From assembly GCA_041690395.1 (NCBI GenBank), contig JAWLHJ010000004.1, positions 1 to 64,000 on the forward strand: 64,000 bases of DNA, read 5' to 3'. The notes under the pieces were generated by a model. The model did not search any database and was not told the origin of the DNA. It saw nothing but the letters and a program-made list of their open reading frames with translations. The position numbers were made by a program, and so were the translations under genes. Position 1 is the first letter of the stretch. The number at the start of each line of letters is the position of its first letter. Of this stretch, positions 48,581 through 58,050 are shown piece after piece. Origin of the DNA: Longimicrobiales bacterium. Its GTDB lineage: Bacteria > Gemmatimonadota > Gemmatimonadetes > Longimicrobiales > Gaopeijiaceae.

Positions 48581-49845
48581 TGGGTCTTCAGCGTCCGTTT
48601 CTTCGCCGCCGGGAACAGGACGTTGTTGAGGATCAGGCGATACCCGGGCGAGTTCGGGTGGAGCGCCAGATCCGTCGCCGGATCCCCGATCTGGTGCTCG
48701 GGATCCTCGGGGTCGTGACCACCGAAGTACGTGAAGGTGCCCTCCCCCACGTTGCCGTGGACGTACTTGGCCCAAGGCCCCTCCTCGGCCAGCACGACCA
48801 CGCTCGGCTGCAGACGGTCCTTACGGAACGACGTCGTGAGACCGTAGAAGTCGGGCAGGATCGACTCGTGGTTCTGCGTCAGCATGGACGGGACCGGGTC
48901 GAACTTCGCCGAGAAGTCGAAGAGCGAGAACGCCCCCAACTCCTCGCGCCACGCCGTGTTCACCTGATGGCCGTCGATGTCGGAGAAGGAGCTGACCGAC
49001 GGATTCACCTGAACGTCCGCGTCGGTGAACGCCATCGCCCGGTCCCACTGCATGCGGGCCGAGGCGTCCGGATCGGGCGGCGTACCGTCCGCATAGCTCG
49101 CCGCGATGTCGACTTCCGGCCCGGCGGCCAGCGCCAGCTCGAGCGTCTCCGTCGCCGAGCACATCGCGAAAAGGAAGCCTCCGCCCTCGATGTAGTCGCG
49201 GATACGCTGGGCGACGGCCTTCTTCAGGTCGGGCACCGTCGCGTAACCGTGCTCCCGGGCCACCGCGCGGTTCCGCGCGACTTCGTCCTGGAGCCAGGGC
49301 GCGCCGGAGTAGGTCAGATAGAACTTCGAGTACTGACCGGTGAAGTCCTCGTGATGCAGATGGATCCACTCGTACTCCGACAGGTCGCCGGTGAGCACCT
49401 CCGGATCCCAGATCGTCTCGTACTCGATCTCAGCGTACTCGAGCGCCATCGTCACGGCGTCGTCCCACGGGGTCGAGTTGGGTGGCGTGTAGACCGCGAC
49501 CCGCGGAGCCCGCTCGAGCGGCACCGCCTCCATATTGGACTCGGCGATCGTCGCCCGGATGCTCGCTTCGGCGGCGGCGTCGACCGGCACGATCGTCACG
49601 CCACGGAGCGCCGCCTGGCGCCGCACATCCGCGAGATCGGGAAGCAGGAACGAGCCGTTCCGATAATTCAGCAGCCACTCCGCGCTGAGCTCCTGGACGA
49701 GCACCCAATGCGTGAGTCCGTAAGCTTTGAGATGATTGCTCTGGCTCCGGTCCATGGGAACCAGCAACCGTTGAGCCGACAGCCCGGCAGGCGCGAAGAG
49801 CGTGCCGGCCAGGAGGAGCATGACGAAGGTTCGGATAAGGCTCAT
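48577..49845 (-). CDS. Secreted class I GATase-like protein (family often labelled asparagine synthetase B)
   Basis: Signal peptide ending LSA-Q; HLKAYG, PWDDAV, LHHEDFTGQY, GGFLFAMCSA, GHDPED, SPGYRLILNN. It lacks the real AsnB architecture. Confidence 0.7.
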   Translation of the reverse strand: MSLIRTFVMLLLAGTLFAPAGLSAQRLLVPMDRSQSNHLKAYGLTHWVLVQELSAEWLLNYRNGSFLLPDLADVRRQAALRGVTIVPVDAAAEASIRATIAESNMEAVPLERAPRVAVYTPPNSTPWDDAVTMALEYAEIEYETIWDPEVLTGDLSEYEWIHLHHEDFTGQYSKFYLTYSGAPWLQDEVARNRAVAREHGYATVPDLKKAVAQRIRDYIEGGGFLFAMCSATETLELALAAGPEVDIAASYADGTPPDPDASARMQWDRAMAFTDADVQVNPSVSSFSDIDGHQVNTAWREELGAFSLFDFSAKFDPVPSMLTQNHESILPDFYGLTTSFRKDRLQPSVVVLAEEGPWAKYVHGNVGEGTFTYFGGHDPEDPEHQIGDPATDLALHPNSPGYRLILNNVLFPAAKKRTLKTQ

Positions 49846-51608
49846 GGAGTTCCCCTCAAGCGCGACAGCTCGGCCCGTGCGCTCGGTACGATGGCGGCAT
49901 TGGGTCTCGACGCGATGAGCTCCTCCAGAATCTCGATCGCGCGCGGACGCCCCCCGTCCCGGGAGGCGTGGAAGCGCGCGAGCGCGAGGGCGGCCTCCGG
50001 AACGGACGGGTCGTCCGGGTACGCTTCGAGCAGCGTCGTCCGCAGCCGGGCTGCCTCGGTCGGCTCACCCCCGTCCTCGGCGAGCCTCGCCGCGTGGGCC
50101 AGAAGCGCAGCGCGTTCCCGGTCGTCCGCCACGCCCTCGCCCGACTCGAGGAGCTCGATCGCCGGGTCGAGCTCCCCTCGATGCGCGGCCGCGACGGCAC
50201 GGGCCAGCGTCTCCGCGCCGCTCGGAGACATGCGGCCGAGCAGCCCCACCAGCCGGATGGTTCCCGTGGCGTCGGAGGGCGACAGCCCCTCCACCGCCAC
50301 GGTCAGGAGGTTCCGGGCCTCGTCGATGCGCCCGGCATCGAGCAGCAGGTAGGCCCGCTCCGCGGCGCTCCGGGGACCTTCCGAGCTCTCGGCCACGGCG
50401 AGCGCACCTTCCGGGTCGCCGTGCGCCTGCAGCGCGCGGGCCACGCCGGCCGCGAGCTCGTCGAGCTCCGGGGCGCTCGGGAACTCCGCCACGAACCCGT
50501 CAAACGACTCCCTCAGCGCCTCGGGCCCCATGGCGCCCAGGCCCAGACGAAGGGCGCGGAGCGTCGCCTGCCGACGGTCCGTCGAGCCCTCCGGGTAGGA
50601 ACGCGCGATCCGCCGTACCGCTTCCGCCGCCGCGAGCGTGTCCCCGGCCGTGAGCGAGACCTCGGCCAACCGCTCGTCGAATGCCCTCCGCTCGGCGGGT
50701 GAGCGCGCGTCCTGACCGAGCTCGTCGTACGCCCATTTCGCGACGCTCCCGACGGACAGCTCGCTGGCCCGGTCACCGATCTCCGCCAGGAAGGCCGACC
50801 TCGCCCGTCCGCCCAGCTCGTCCGCCACGGCGCGTGTCAGCTCGAGCGCGCGGTCGTCCATGCGAAGCTCGACGGCGAGTTCGGCGGCGGCCCGGCGGCG
50901 CGCGAAGACGGGGGAGGACGAAAGCCGATCGATCACCTGGCTTGCGGTCCGGTCCGATCGGTCCTCCGGGAGGTCCCGGATACGCCGGGCCATGGGCGCG
51001 ACCCCCGAGCCGTCGTCACCGACCCCGACGACCCATTCGGCGAGCGCACCCTGCGCATCTCCCGACAGCCACAGGAGGTCGCCCATCTCGAACGCGAGGA
51101 GATCCTCGTCTCCGGTCGCGCTCCTCCCGCGCCGCAACAGCTCCAATGCCTCGTCCCCACCGAACGTCGTCTCGTACAGCACGACCAGCTCCCGATAGGT
51201 CGACGGCGACGGATCGTCGGTCGCCCACTCCGATGCCCGGCGGCGCACCGCGTCCAGGGAGTCGACCTCGGCGAGCACGCGCAGCTCCAGGAGGCGCACC
51301 TGGGCTCGTCCGGGGTCCGCGCTCAGGAAGTCGCGCACGACCGGAAGCACGGCCTCGGGCTCACCCTGCGACCGGAGCACCCGCTCCAGGGCGAAGAGCG
51401 CACCTGTCGCCCGCGGATCGCGCTCCAGAACGTGGCGGAGCACACGCTCGGCTCCTTCCAGGTCGCCGCTCGCCTCCAGCCCCGCCGCTTCCCGGAGCAT
51501 CCCATTCGTGGTGCCACCGCCCCTCGCCTGAGCTGCGGCCGGCCATGGAGCCAGCACGGTCGCCGCCAGACAGACGATCAGGCAGATGCCCGGCACGCGG
51601 ACCTTCAT
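49842..51608 (-). CDS. Secreted TPR/helical-repeat protein
   Basis: Signal peptide ending AAA-Q; TPR-like helices (GDLEGAERVL..DP, LLEAYPDDP, LIASRPNA). Confidence 0.7.
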   Translation of the reverse strand: MKVRVPGICLIVCLAATVLAPWPAAAQARGGGTTNGMLREAAGLEASGDLEGAERVLRHVLERDPRATGALFALERVLRSQGEPEAVLPVVRDFLSADPGRAQVRLLELRVLAEVDSLDAVRRRASEWATDDPSPSTYRELVVLYETTFGGDEALELLRRGRSATGDEDLLAFEMGDLLWLSGDAQGALAEWVVGVGDDGSGVAPMARRIRDLPEDRSDRTASQVIDRLSSSPVFARRRAAAELAVELRMDDRALELTRAVADELGGRARSAFLAEIGDRASELSVGSVAKWAYDELGQDARSPAERRAFDERLAEVSLTAGDTLAAAEAVRRIARSYPEGSTDRRQATLRALRLGLGAMGPEALRESFDGFVAEFPSAPELDELAAGVARALQAHGDPEGALAVAESSEGPRSAAERAYLLLDAGRIDEARNLLTVAVEGLSPSDATGTIRLVGLLGRMSPSGAETLARAVAAAHRGELDPAIELLESGEGVADDRERAALLAHAARLAEDGGEPTEAARLRTTLLEAYPDDPSVPEAALALARFHASRDGGRPRAIEILEELIASRPNAAIVPSARAELSRLRGTP

Positions 51609-54600
51609 CGCCCACCTCCGGGTGATCCGGGCGTCCGGTTCAGGCGCTCGAAGTAGTCGAGGATCATCCGGCGCACACCGGGGCTCAGATCGCGCAACTG
51701 GTCCGCGTCGGGCATCCGGAACGGAAGCACGCCCAGGTCACCCTCCTCGAGCGGCAACACGGAGCCGCGCTCGAAGGTCCCGGCCTCCTCGGACTCCCGT
51801 TCCTCGGAGAACTCCTCACGCTCCAGCGACCTGCCCGCGTCGAGCAGGCGGTGGAAGAGCCGCTCCTGTCGGCGCACGGTCTCGGGATCGAGGCGGCCTT
51901 CCGAAAGCGCCTGCGCGAGCTCCGCGGCCTCGGCGGCGAGCTGTTGGAGGTCACCGAGCGCCCCTTCGGAAGAAGGCTGGTTGGAGAGGTCGCCGAGCTG
52001 ATCGGAGATGGACTGCTGGCCCTCCGACATCTGCTGGGTCTGCTCCGACATCGCCTGCTGGCCGAGCTGCATGGGCACGATCTGCCCCGCCTGATTCACG
52101 AGGTCGCCCTGTTGCTGGGCCAGCTCCTCCAGCGCCTGCTGCATCTCCTGGCCCTGCTGCTCGGCCCCTTCTCCGCCCTGACCCATCTGCTCCGCGCCCG
52201 CCATGGCCATCATCGCGAGTCGGTTGAGATCTCCGACGGCCCGCTCGGCCTCGGCAGACGGCGATCCGCTCAGACTGCGCGGACGGTCCATCGCCGACAC
52301 CGTGCGCTGGAGCGACTCCATGGCCCGCCCCATCTGCGTGGAGATCTCCCGCGCTCCGGGGATCTGCCCTTCGGTGGCGACCTGGAGGTTCTCGGCGAGG
52401 TTCTCGACGCCCTGGACGAGCGACGCCTCGCGGGCCCGCATCTCGACGATCTGCTCGCTGCTGGCGTTACGCATCTCCTCGCGGAGCTCGCTCTGGCGCC
52501 GGGCCAGGGCGAGCGCGTCGTCCGCCGCCTGTTCCAGAGCCTGTTGCGCCTGCTGCATGCGCTGCTGGGCCATGCTCTGCTGCGCCTGCTGGAGCTCCCG
52601 GGCGGCCTCGTCCAAGCGGTCGGAGGCCTGCTCGGCCCGCTCCGCTGCGTCTTCGGCGCTTCCCTCACCGGCCTGGCGCTGGGCCTCACGCATCTCGCCC
52701 GCGGCCTGTTGTGCGCTCTCGCCCGCCTCACGCACGCCGCTGGCGGCGTTCTCCTCCCCGAGCTCGCTCAGCCGCTCTTCCAGCCGCTCCAGCTGTGACT
52801 CCAGGTCCTCCGCGCGTTCGGCGAGGGCGCGCTGCTGCTCGGCCCGCATCTCACCGCCGGGCTCCTCGCGCATGGTTTCGGCCAGCGCACGTTCCTGGCG
52901 TGCGAGCTCCTCCGCCTCGGTGCGGGTTGCGCGGAAGTCCTGCTCCGCCGCGGCCCGGCGGAACCGCTCGAGCGACTCCTCCAGCCGCTCACGGAAGCGC
53001 TCCTGCTCCTCGGCCAGCTCCTCGAGCGTGCGTTCGGCCTCGGCCGCGTCGTCGCGCTCCAGCGCCTCCGAGAGACGGTCGGTCTGGGCCTGGAGGTCCT
53101 CATCCCCGACCTGCTGGAGGAGGGACTGGAGCTCCCGGAGCTGGGCGCGCATCTCGGGGTCGGCCTGACCGGCCTCGGCCATCCGACGCTCCATCTGGTC
53201 GAGCTCGCGTCCGAGGGAGTCGACGGTCGACGCCATGTTCCGCTGCTCATCGAGCGCACGCTGCAGCTCCTCGCGCTCCTCGAAACCCGCGCTCGCCTCA
53301 CCCGCCTGCCCCGTCTCCTGGGACTGCGACCGGTCGCCACGACCGAGCTGCCGCTCGCGGGCGGCCTGACGGTTCTCCTCCGCCCGCTCGCCGGCCGCCT
53401 CGGCCAACTCGGAGAGCCGGTCGGCCGCGTCGTCGAGTGCCTCGTCCACGCCCCGTCGGAGCTCGTCGGCCGACGGCATGCTGAGCACGTATTCCCGGGT
53501 CTCGGTCCACTGCTCGGCGGGGCTGTTGTCGGAGACGCGGACGAGGTACCGCACTTCATCCCCCGGCATGAGCCCCCATGACTGGAAGCTCAGCACAGGC
53601 CTCGCCGACGCCAGCCGTGCACCACCGATGTCGAACGCCTGGACCACGGGCTCCCGACGCTCGCCGAGAGCCGTGACCCGGTACGCGACGATCTCCATCT
53701 GGGCGAGACCGTAATCGTCGGCCGCCTCGATGCCGATCGGTTGGCGGAGATCCAGCGACAGCACCGTGTCGACCCCCGGTTCCAGGATGTCCACGAACGG
53801 CGCCGCGTCGGGAACGAGCTCCACCTCGAGGGGCTCGGGCACGACCTCGGGCCGGCCGCCCTGGGCGTCGAGGAAGGTCCAGGTGTAGCGTCCACCCGCC
53901 CGGGGCACCCACCGCCCGGCGAACGACCTGCCGTTCACGTCGAGCGTGAACGCATCGCTTCCCTCGTCGTCGGTGAGCTGGACCGACGCCAGGGGCCTGT
54001 TCGCGTCGCCTTCGAAGCCGAACCGGGTACCCGCCGGCACGCGGAGCATCGGCGCTGCCCCCCGGTATTCCTCCGGCGCGAGTCCCGTGTGCGGTGGGAA
54101 CTCGACGTCGATCTCCAGGGCGCTGACGAAGAGGGGGTCGACCGGCGTGATGCGGAAGTCCGCCGATGTCGAACCGTCGTCACCGGTCGCGCGATAGTCC
54201 GTCGGCGCCGAGACGTCGGCGAGCACGAGCTCGGCCCTTCCCTCGACGACCTCCAGGACCTCCGTCCGGGCGACATCGCCCACCTCCTGCCAACGGATCT
54301 CCAGGGTGCGCCGGCCGGGCGCGACGACCTCGACGCGCACGTCGCTCCCGCGCATGACCTCCACGTTCCCGGGTGAGACGGCCATCGCGGGGAGCACCGG
54401 CCCGTTCAAGACCCGCAGCGGTGACGCCAGACCCGACCACGCGGCCGTGGAGCGGCTCGGCTGGGCCACTGTGAGCGCCACGATCGCGAGCGTCGCGACC
54501 ACCAGCGCGCCGGAGCCGCGACGCACCCAGCGCGTGACCGTCCGGCCGAGATCGCCGGCCAGCTCGGGGTCGGGCCGATCGCCGAGACGCTCGAGGGCCC

Positions 54601-54985
54601 CCTGGGACGCCCGCGCGGCGAGCGACGTGGACACGCCTTCCGGGAGGGCACGAGCGAGTTCGAGTGGGCCGCGCAGCTCGCCCCGCCGCAGCGCGACGGC
54701 GCGCTCCATGGCGCCGGCGAGCCGCTCCTCGTCCAGCGAGCGGGTCGCGGCCCGACGGAAGACCAGGCCTCCGGCTACGATCCCGAGCACCACCAGAGCG
54801 TCGAGGACCAGCGGGACGACGCTTCCCGATCGCCATCCGGCTTCGCCGGACCACAACCATGCGACCACCCAGGCGAGCCCGATTCCGGCGAGCATCCAAG
54901 CCGCCGCGCCGAGGATCGAGCGCCGGTACAGGTAGCGGCGGACCGCGGCGACCCTGGCCGTGAGATCCCTCGCGTGAGGACTCAT
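51605..54985 (-). CDS. DUF4175-like membrane-anchored scaffold with long Q/E-rich coiled coil
   Basis: Three N-terminal TMs; FPPHTGL, PDAAPFV..EP, DDYGL, LMPGDEVRY..SDN; C-terminal RLLDAGRSL and DYFERL. Confidence 0.75.
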   Translation of the reverse strand: MSPHARDLTARVAAVRRYLYRRSILGAAAWMLAGIGLAWVVAWLWSGEAGWRSGSVVPLVLDALVVLGIVAGGLVFRRAATRSLDEERLAGAMERAVALRRGELRGPLELARALPEGVSTSLAARASQGALERLGDRPDPELAGDLGRTVTRWVRRGSGALVVATLAIVALTVAQPSRSTAAWSGLASPLRVLNGPVLPAMAVSPGNVEVMRGSDVRVEVVAPGRRTLEIRWQEVGDVARTEVLEVVEGRAELVLADVSAPTDYRATGDDGSTSADFRITPVDPLFVSALEIDVEFPPHTGLAPEEYRGAAPMLRVPAGTRFGFEGDANRPLASVQLTDDEGSDAFTLDVNGRSFAGRWVPRAGGRYTWTFLDAQGGRPEVVPEPLEVELVPDAAPFVDILEPGVDTVLSLDLRQPIGIEAADDYGLAQMEIVAYRVTALGERREPVVQAFDIGGARLASARPVLSFQSWGLMPGDEVRYLVRVSDNSPAEQWTETREYVLSMPSADELRRGVDEALDDAADRLSELAEAAGERAEENRQAARERQLGRGDRSQSQETGQAGEASAGFEEREELQRALDEQRNMASTVDSLGRELDQMERRMAEAGQADPEMRAQLRELQSLLQQVGDEDLQAQTDRLSEALERDDAAEAERTLEELAEEQERFRERLEESLERFRRAAAEQDFRATRTEAEELARQERALAETMREEPGGEMRAEQQRALAERAEDLESQLERLEERLSELGEENAASGVREAGESAQQAAGEMREAQRQAGEGSAEDAAERAEQASDRLDEAARELQQAQQSMAQQRMQQAQQALEQAADDALALARRQSELREEMRNASSEQIVEMRAREASLVQGVENLAENLQVATEGQIPGAREISTQMGRAMESLQRTVSAMDRPRSLSGSPSAEAERAVGDLNRLAMMAMAGAEQMGQGGEGAEQQGQEMQQALEELAQQQGDLVNQAGQIVPMQLGQQAMSEQTQQMSEGQQSISDQLGDLSNQPSSEGALGDLQQLAAEAAELAQALSEGRLDPETVRRQERLFHRLLDAGRSLEREEFSEERESEEAGTFERGSVLPLEEGDLGVLPFRMPDADQLRDLSPGVRRMILDYFERLNRTPGSPGGGR

Positions 54986-55650
54986 GACGCCGACTGCCCG
55001 AGCACGTAGAGCACGAGGTTGACGCCCATGCGCAGCGCGTCTTCGCGGACTTCCTGGGCGTCACCGTGCACATCCGGGTCCTCCCAGCCATCCCCGAGGT
55101 CGGACTCGTAGCTGTAGAAGACGATCAGCCGACCCTCGTGAAACAGCCCGAGGGCCTGAGGCGCCGCGCCGTCGTGCTCGTGAATCTTGGGAAGCCCTTC
55201 CGGAAACTCGTAGAAGACTCTGAACACGGGGTGGTCCGCGGGGATCTCCGTCAGCTCGAGCTCCGGGAAGACCTGCGCGATCTCCCGCCGGAACGACTCG
55301 TCCAGACCGTAGTTGTCGTCCGCGTGGAGGAATCCTCCGCCGGTCAGATACGACCGTAGGCGGGCCCGCTCCTCCGCAGTGAACCGGACCTCGCCATGGC
55401 CGGTCATGTAGAGGTACGGATAGTCGGGTAGGCGCGGGTCGAGCAGGGTCAGGGCGTCGGCTCGGCGGGCCGCGACGATGCCGGTTCGCTCGCGCACGGC
55501 TCCGAGCAGATTCGGGAGCGACGACGGGTTCGCGTACCAGTCACCCCCACCCCCGTACTCGAGGCGGGCGATGCGCAACGAATCCGCCTGCGCGGCGACG
55601 GAGGAGGGCAGCATCGTCACGAGAAGGGTCCAGAGCAAGACATGGATCAT
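54982..55650 (-). CDS. DUF4159-domain protein with signal peptide
   Basis: IARLEYGGGGDWYANP, YPYLYMTGHG, GGFLHADDNYG, PKIHEHDG, RMGVN. Confidence 0.88.
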   Translation of the reverse strand: MIHVLLWTLLVTMLPSSVAAQADSLRIARLEYGGGGDWYANPSSLPNLLGAVRERTGIVAARRADALTLLDPRLPDYPYLYMTGHGEVRFTAEERARLRSYLTGGGFLHADDNYGLDESFRREIAQVFPELELTEIPADHPVFRVFYEFPEGLPKIHEHDGAAPQALGLFHEGRLIVFYSYESDLGDGWEDPDVHGDAQEVREDALRMGVNLVLYVLGQSAS

Positions 55651-56489
55651 CCCGTGTTCGACTCCAATTCGTGGACGATGCGGTACGCGTCATTTCGAGG
55701 CATGCCGAGCTGGCGGGCGAGCTCTTTGGCGACCCCCGATGGGCGCATGCCTCCCCCGAGCAGGGTCATGGCCAGCTCACGGATCTCGGCGTCGTCGGGG
55801 AGGGCCTCGGCCCCTTCCGGGCGCGCCTCGACGACCACGGTCACCTCGCCCCTGGCCGGGTTCTCTTCATAGTAGGCGGCTGCCTCGGCGAGGGTTCCAC
55901 GGAAGAACTCCTCGTGCAGCTTGGTCAGCTCCCGGGCGACGGCCACCCGCCGCTCCGGCCCGCACGCGTCAGCGAGATCCGCCAGCAGCCTCGGGAGTCG
56001 CACCGGAGACTCGAAGAGAACGACGGTTTCGCTCGCCCCGGCGACCCGCTCCAGGAGCGCCCCCCGGGCGGCCCCCTTTCGATCGGGGAAGCCGAGGAAG
56101 GTGAACCGCTCACCGGGTAGACCCGAGGCCACCAGGGCGGCCAGGACCGCGCTCGCTCCAGGGATCGGCACCACCGTGTGTCCCGCCTTGACGACGGCTC
56201 CGACCACGCGTCCACCCGGGTCGGAGACGAGCGGCGTGCCGGCATCGGACACCAGGGCGAGGTCCTCGCCCGCGTCCAGCCATTCGAGAATGCGGTCGAT
56301 CCGCTCGCGCTCGTTGTGCTGGTGGAGAGAGACGAGCGGCGCGGACGACCCCGCGCGCTCGGCGAGCACGCGGGAGCGCCGCGTGTCCTCCGCGAGGATC
56401 CGGGAGACGGACACGAGGGTCTCGGCCGCGCGCGGAGACAGGTCTCCGAGGTTGCCGATGGGCGTGCTGACGAGGAAGAGCGTGGACAC
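55647..56489 (-). CDS. rsmI: 16S rRNA (cytidine1402-2'-O)-methyltransferase
   Basis: LVSTPIGNLGDLSPRA, AEDTR, VSDAGTP..DPG, FESP, ARELTKLHEE. Confidence 0.95.
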   Translation of the reverse strand: MSTLFLVSTPIGNLGDLSPRAAETLVSVSRILAEDTRRSRVLAERAGSSAPLVSLHQHNERERIDRILEWLDAGEDLALVSDAGTPLVSDPGGRVVGAVVKAGHTVVPIPGASAVLAALVASGLPGERFTFLGFPDRKGAARGALLERVAGASETVVLFESPVRLPRLLADLADACGPERRVAVARELTKLHEEFFRGTLAEAAAYYEENPARGEVTVVVEARPEGAEALPDDAEIRELAMTLLGGGMRPSGVAKELARQLGMPRNDAYRIVHELESNTG

Positions 56490-56620
56490 ACGGGAAGATA
56501 GTCCACCGGGCCGGACCCGAAAACGAGACGCCCGGACCAGCTCGGAGGAGCCGGCCCGGGCGTCGATCGGACCACGTCCTCCCGGAACGGCGCAACGGGC
56601 CGCACGGGAGTGGTCACCGA

Positions 56621-56956
56621 TCAGATGTGCTGCTTGATCTTCTCTTCGAGATGGGGCCTCGGTACCGCGCCGACGACCCGCTCGACCAGCTCTCCGTCCT
56701 TGAAGAAGAGGATGCTCGGGATGGACGTCACGCGGAATCGGGCGGTCGTGCTCGGATTCGAGTCCACGTCCAGCTTTCCTACCCGAAGTCCCTTGTCCTT
56801 GTACTCGTCCGCGAGCTCGCTGACGATCGGGGCGACCATGCGGCAGGGCCCACACCATTCGGCCCAGAAGTCCACCATCTGGAGTCCGTCGCCCTGTTCG
56901 ATCTCCGCGACGAAGTTGTCGTCGTTGACTTCCAGGATCGCGTCACTCGTTGCCAT
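56621..56956 (-). CDS. trxA: Thioredoxin
   Basis: VDFWAEWCGPC, SIP; AAGGAG RBS. Confidence 0.96.
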   Translation of the reverse strand: MATSDAILEVNDDNFVAEIEQGDGLQMVDFWAEWCGPCRMVAPIVSELADEYKDKGLRVGKLDVDSNPSTTARFRVTSIPSILFFKDGELVERVVGAVPRPHLEEKIKQHI

Positions 56957-57040
56957 CTAGATTCTCCTTTAAGTTGTGCGGGCTCGCCGATTCCGGCCCG
57001 AACCCGAGCCCCGCACTCGAACGCACAGGACCTTGATTCC

Positions 57041-57445
57041 ATGCAAATGCTACAGGCGACACGTCCTCTCGATCATGTCGGCATCGCGGTGCCGTCCATC
57101 GAGGACCACCGTGTGCATTACGAATCCCTCACGGGCGAGACTTGTTCCGCTCCCGTGACCATCGAGTCGCAGGGCGTACGCGTCGCGTTCGTGGGGATGA
57201 TCGAGCTGCTGGAGCCCACCGGCCCGGAAACGACCGTGGGTCGGTTCCTCGCGAAGCGCGGCCCCGGCCTTCACCACATCGCCTACCGGACGCCCGACAT
57301 CGCGGCCGAGTTGGAGCGAGCCCGCGCCCGCGGCCTGCGCCTCGTGGATGAGACGCCCCGCCCCGGCGCGCACGGCCTCGTCGCGTTCATCCACCCTTCC
57401 AGCACCGGAGGCGTGCTGATGGAGCTCGTCCAGCGCGGCGAGTGA
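57041..57445 (+). CDS. mce: Methylmalonyl-CoA epimerase (VOC family)
   Basis: LDHVGIAV, IELLEP, GPGLHHIAY, AFIHPSSTGGVLMELV. Confidence 0.88.
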   Translation: MQMLQATRPLDHVGIAVPSIEDHRVHYESLTGETCSAPVTIESQGVRVAFVGMIELLEPTGPETTVGRFLAKRGPGLHHIAYRTPDIAAELERARARGLRLVDETPRPGAHGLVAFIHPSSTGGVLMELVQRGE

Positions 57446-57450
57446 CGGGA

Positions 57451-57960
57451 TCACGATCCCGCCATCACTCTCTGGAGATCGACCTCCTGGACGAGCCAGC
57501 GGCCGTCTCCACCGTGGACGACCACGAACGGGACACCGCGCACCACCCTCTCGCGGTCGATCCGGAGATCGACCACGACCTGGCTGGTGGGATGATCCCG
57601 CCCGGCCACCATCCGCTGCTGGGTCACCGTGTAGTCCTGATGCCTCAGGATCGAGGCGATGGCGTCCATCCGTAGCTCGACCTCCTGCCGCGTTCGACAC
57701 GCCTGTCCGCCGAACCACGACCCGATCTTCTTGAAGGCGCAGCCGAAGGTGCTCCCGGTGTCGCCGTAGGACCCCTCGGCGGTGCCGAACAGGCGCCCCA
57801 TGGCATCGAGATCACGCTGGTTCGCCGCCTGCAGGAAGCGCTCGACCGACAGCTGGGGCTCGAGCGCCGTCGCCGGGTTCACCCGGGCCGAGGACGAAGA
57901 CGCACACGCGGGCAGGAAGGCGAGCGCCAGCACCGCCACCCACTTTCGGACTCCGGTCAT
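57451..57960 (-). CDS. Hypothetical lipoprotein
   Basis: Lipobox-like LPAC; GAGG RBS; internal Cys pair. Confidence 0.65.
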   Translation of the reverse strand: MTGVRKWVAVLALAFLPACASSSSARVNPATALEPQLSVERFLQAANQRDLDAMGRLFGTAEGSYGDTGSTFGCAFKKIGSWFGGQACRTRQEVELRMDAIASILRHQDYTVTQQRMVAGRDHPTSQVVVDLRIDRERVVRGVPFVVVHGGDGRWLVQEVDLQRVMAGS

Positions 57961-58050
57961 CGCGATCCCTCGGTTGTCATGGGTGCAGGAGCCCGAATCT
58001 GGACAAAACGCCGGACCGCCGGAAGCCCCGCGCGCGATGGAGCACGCCCG

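Noticed and set aside
56976..57022. GTTCGAGT (T-loop-like) and a 13-mer shared with 18990-19002, possible tRNA or repeat
   Set aside because: No cloverleaf can be built and there are only two short copies, compatible with chance.
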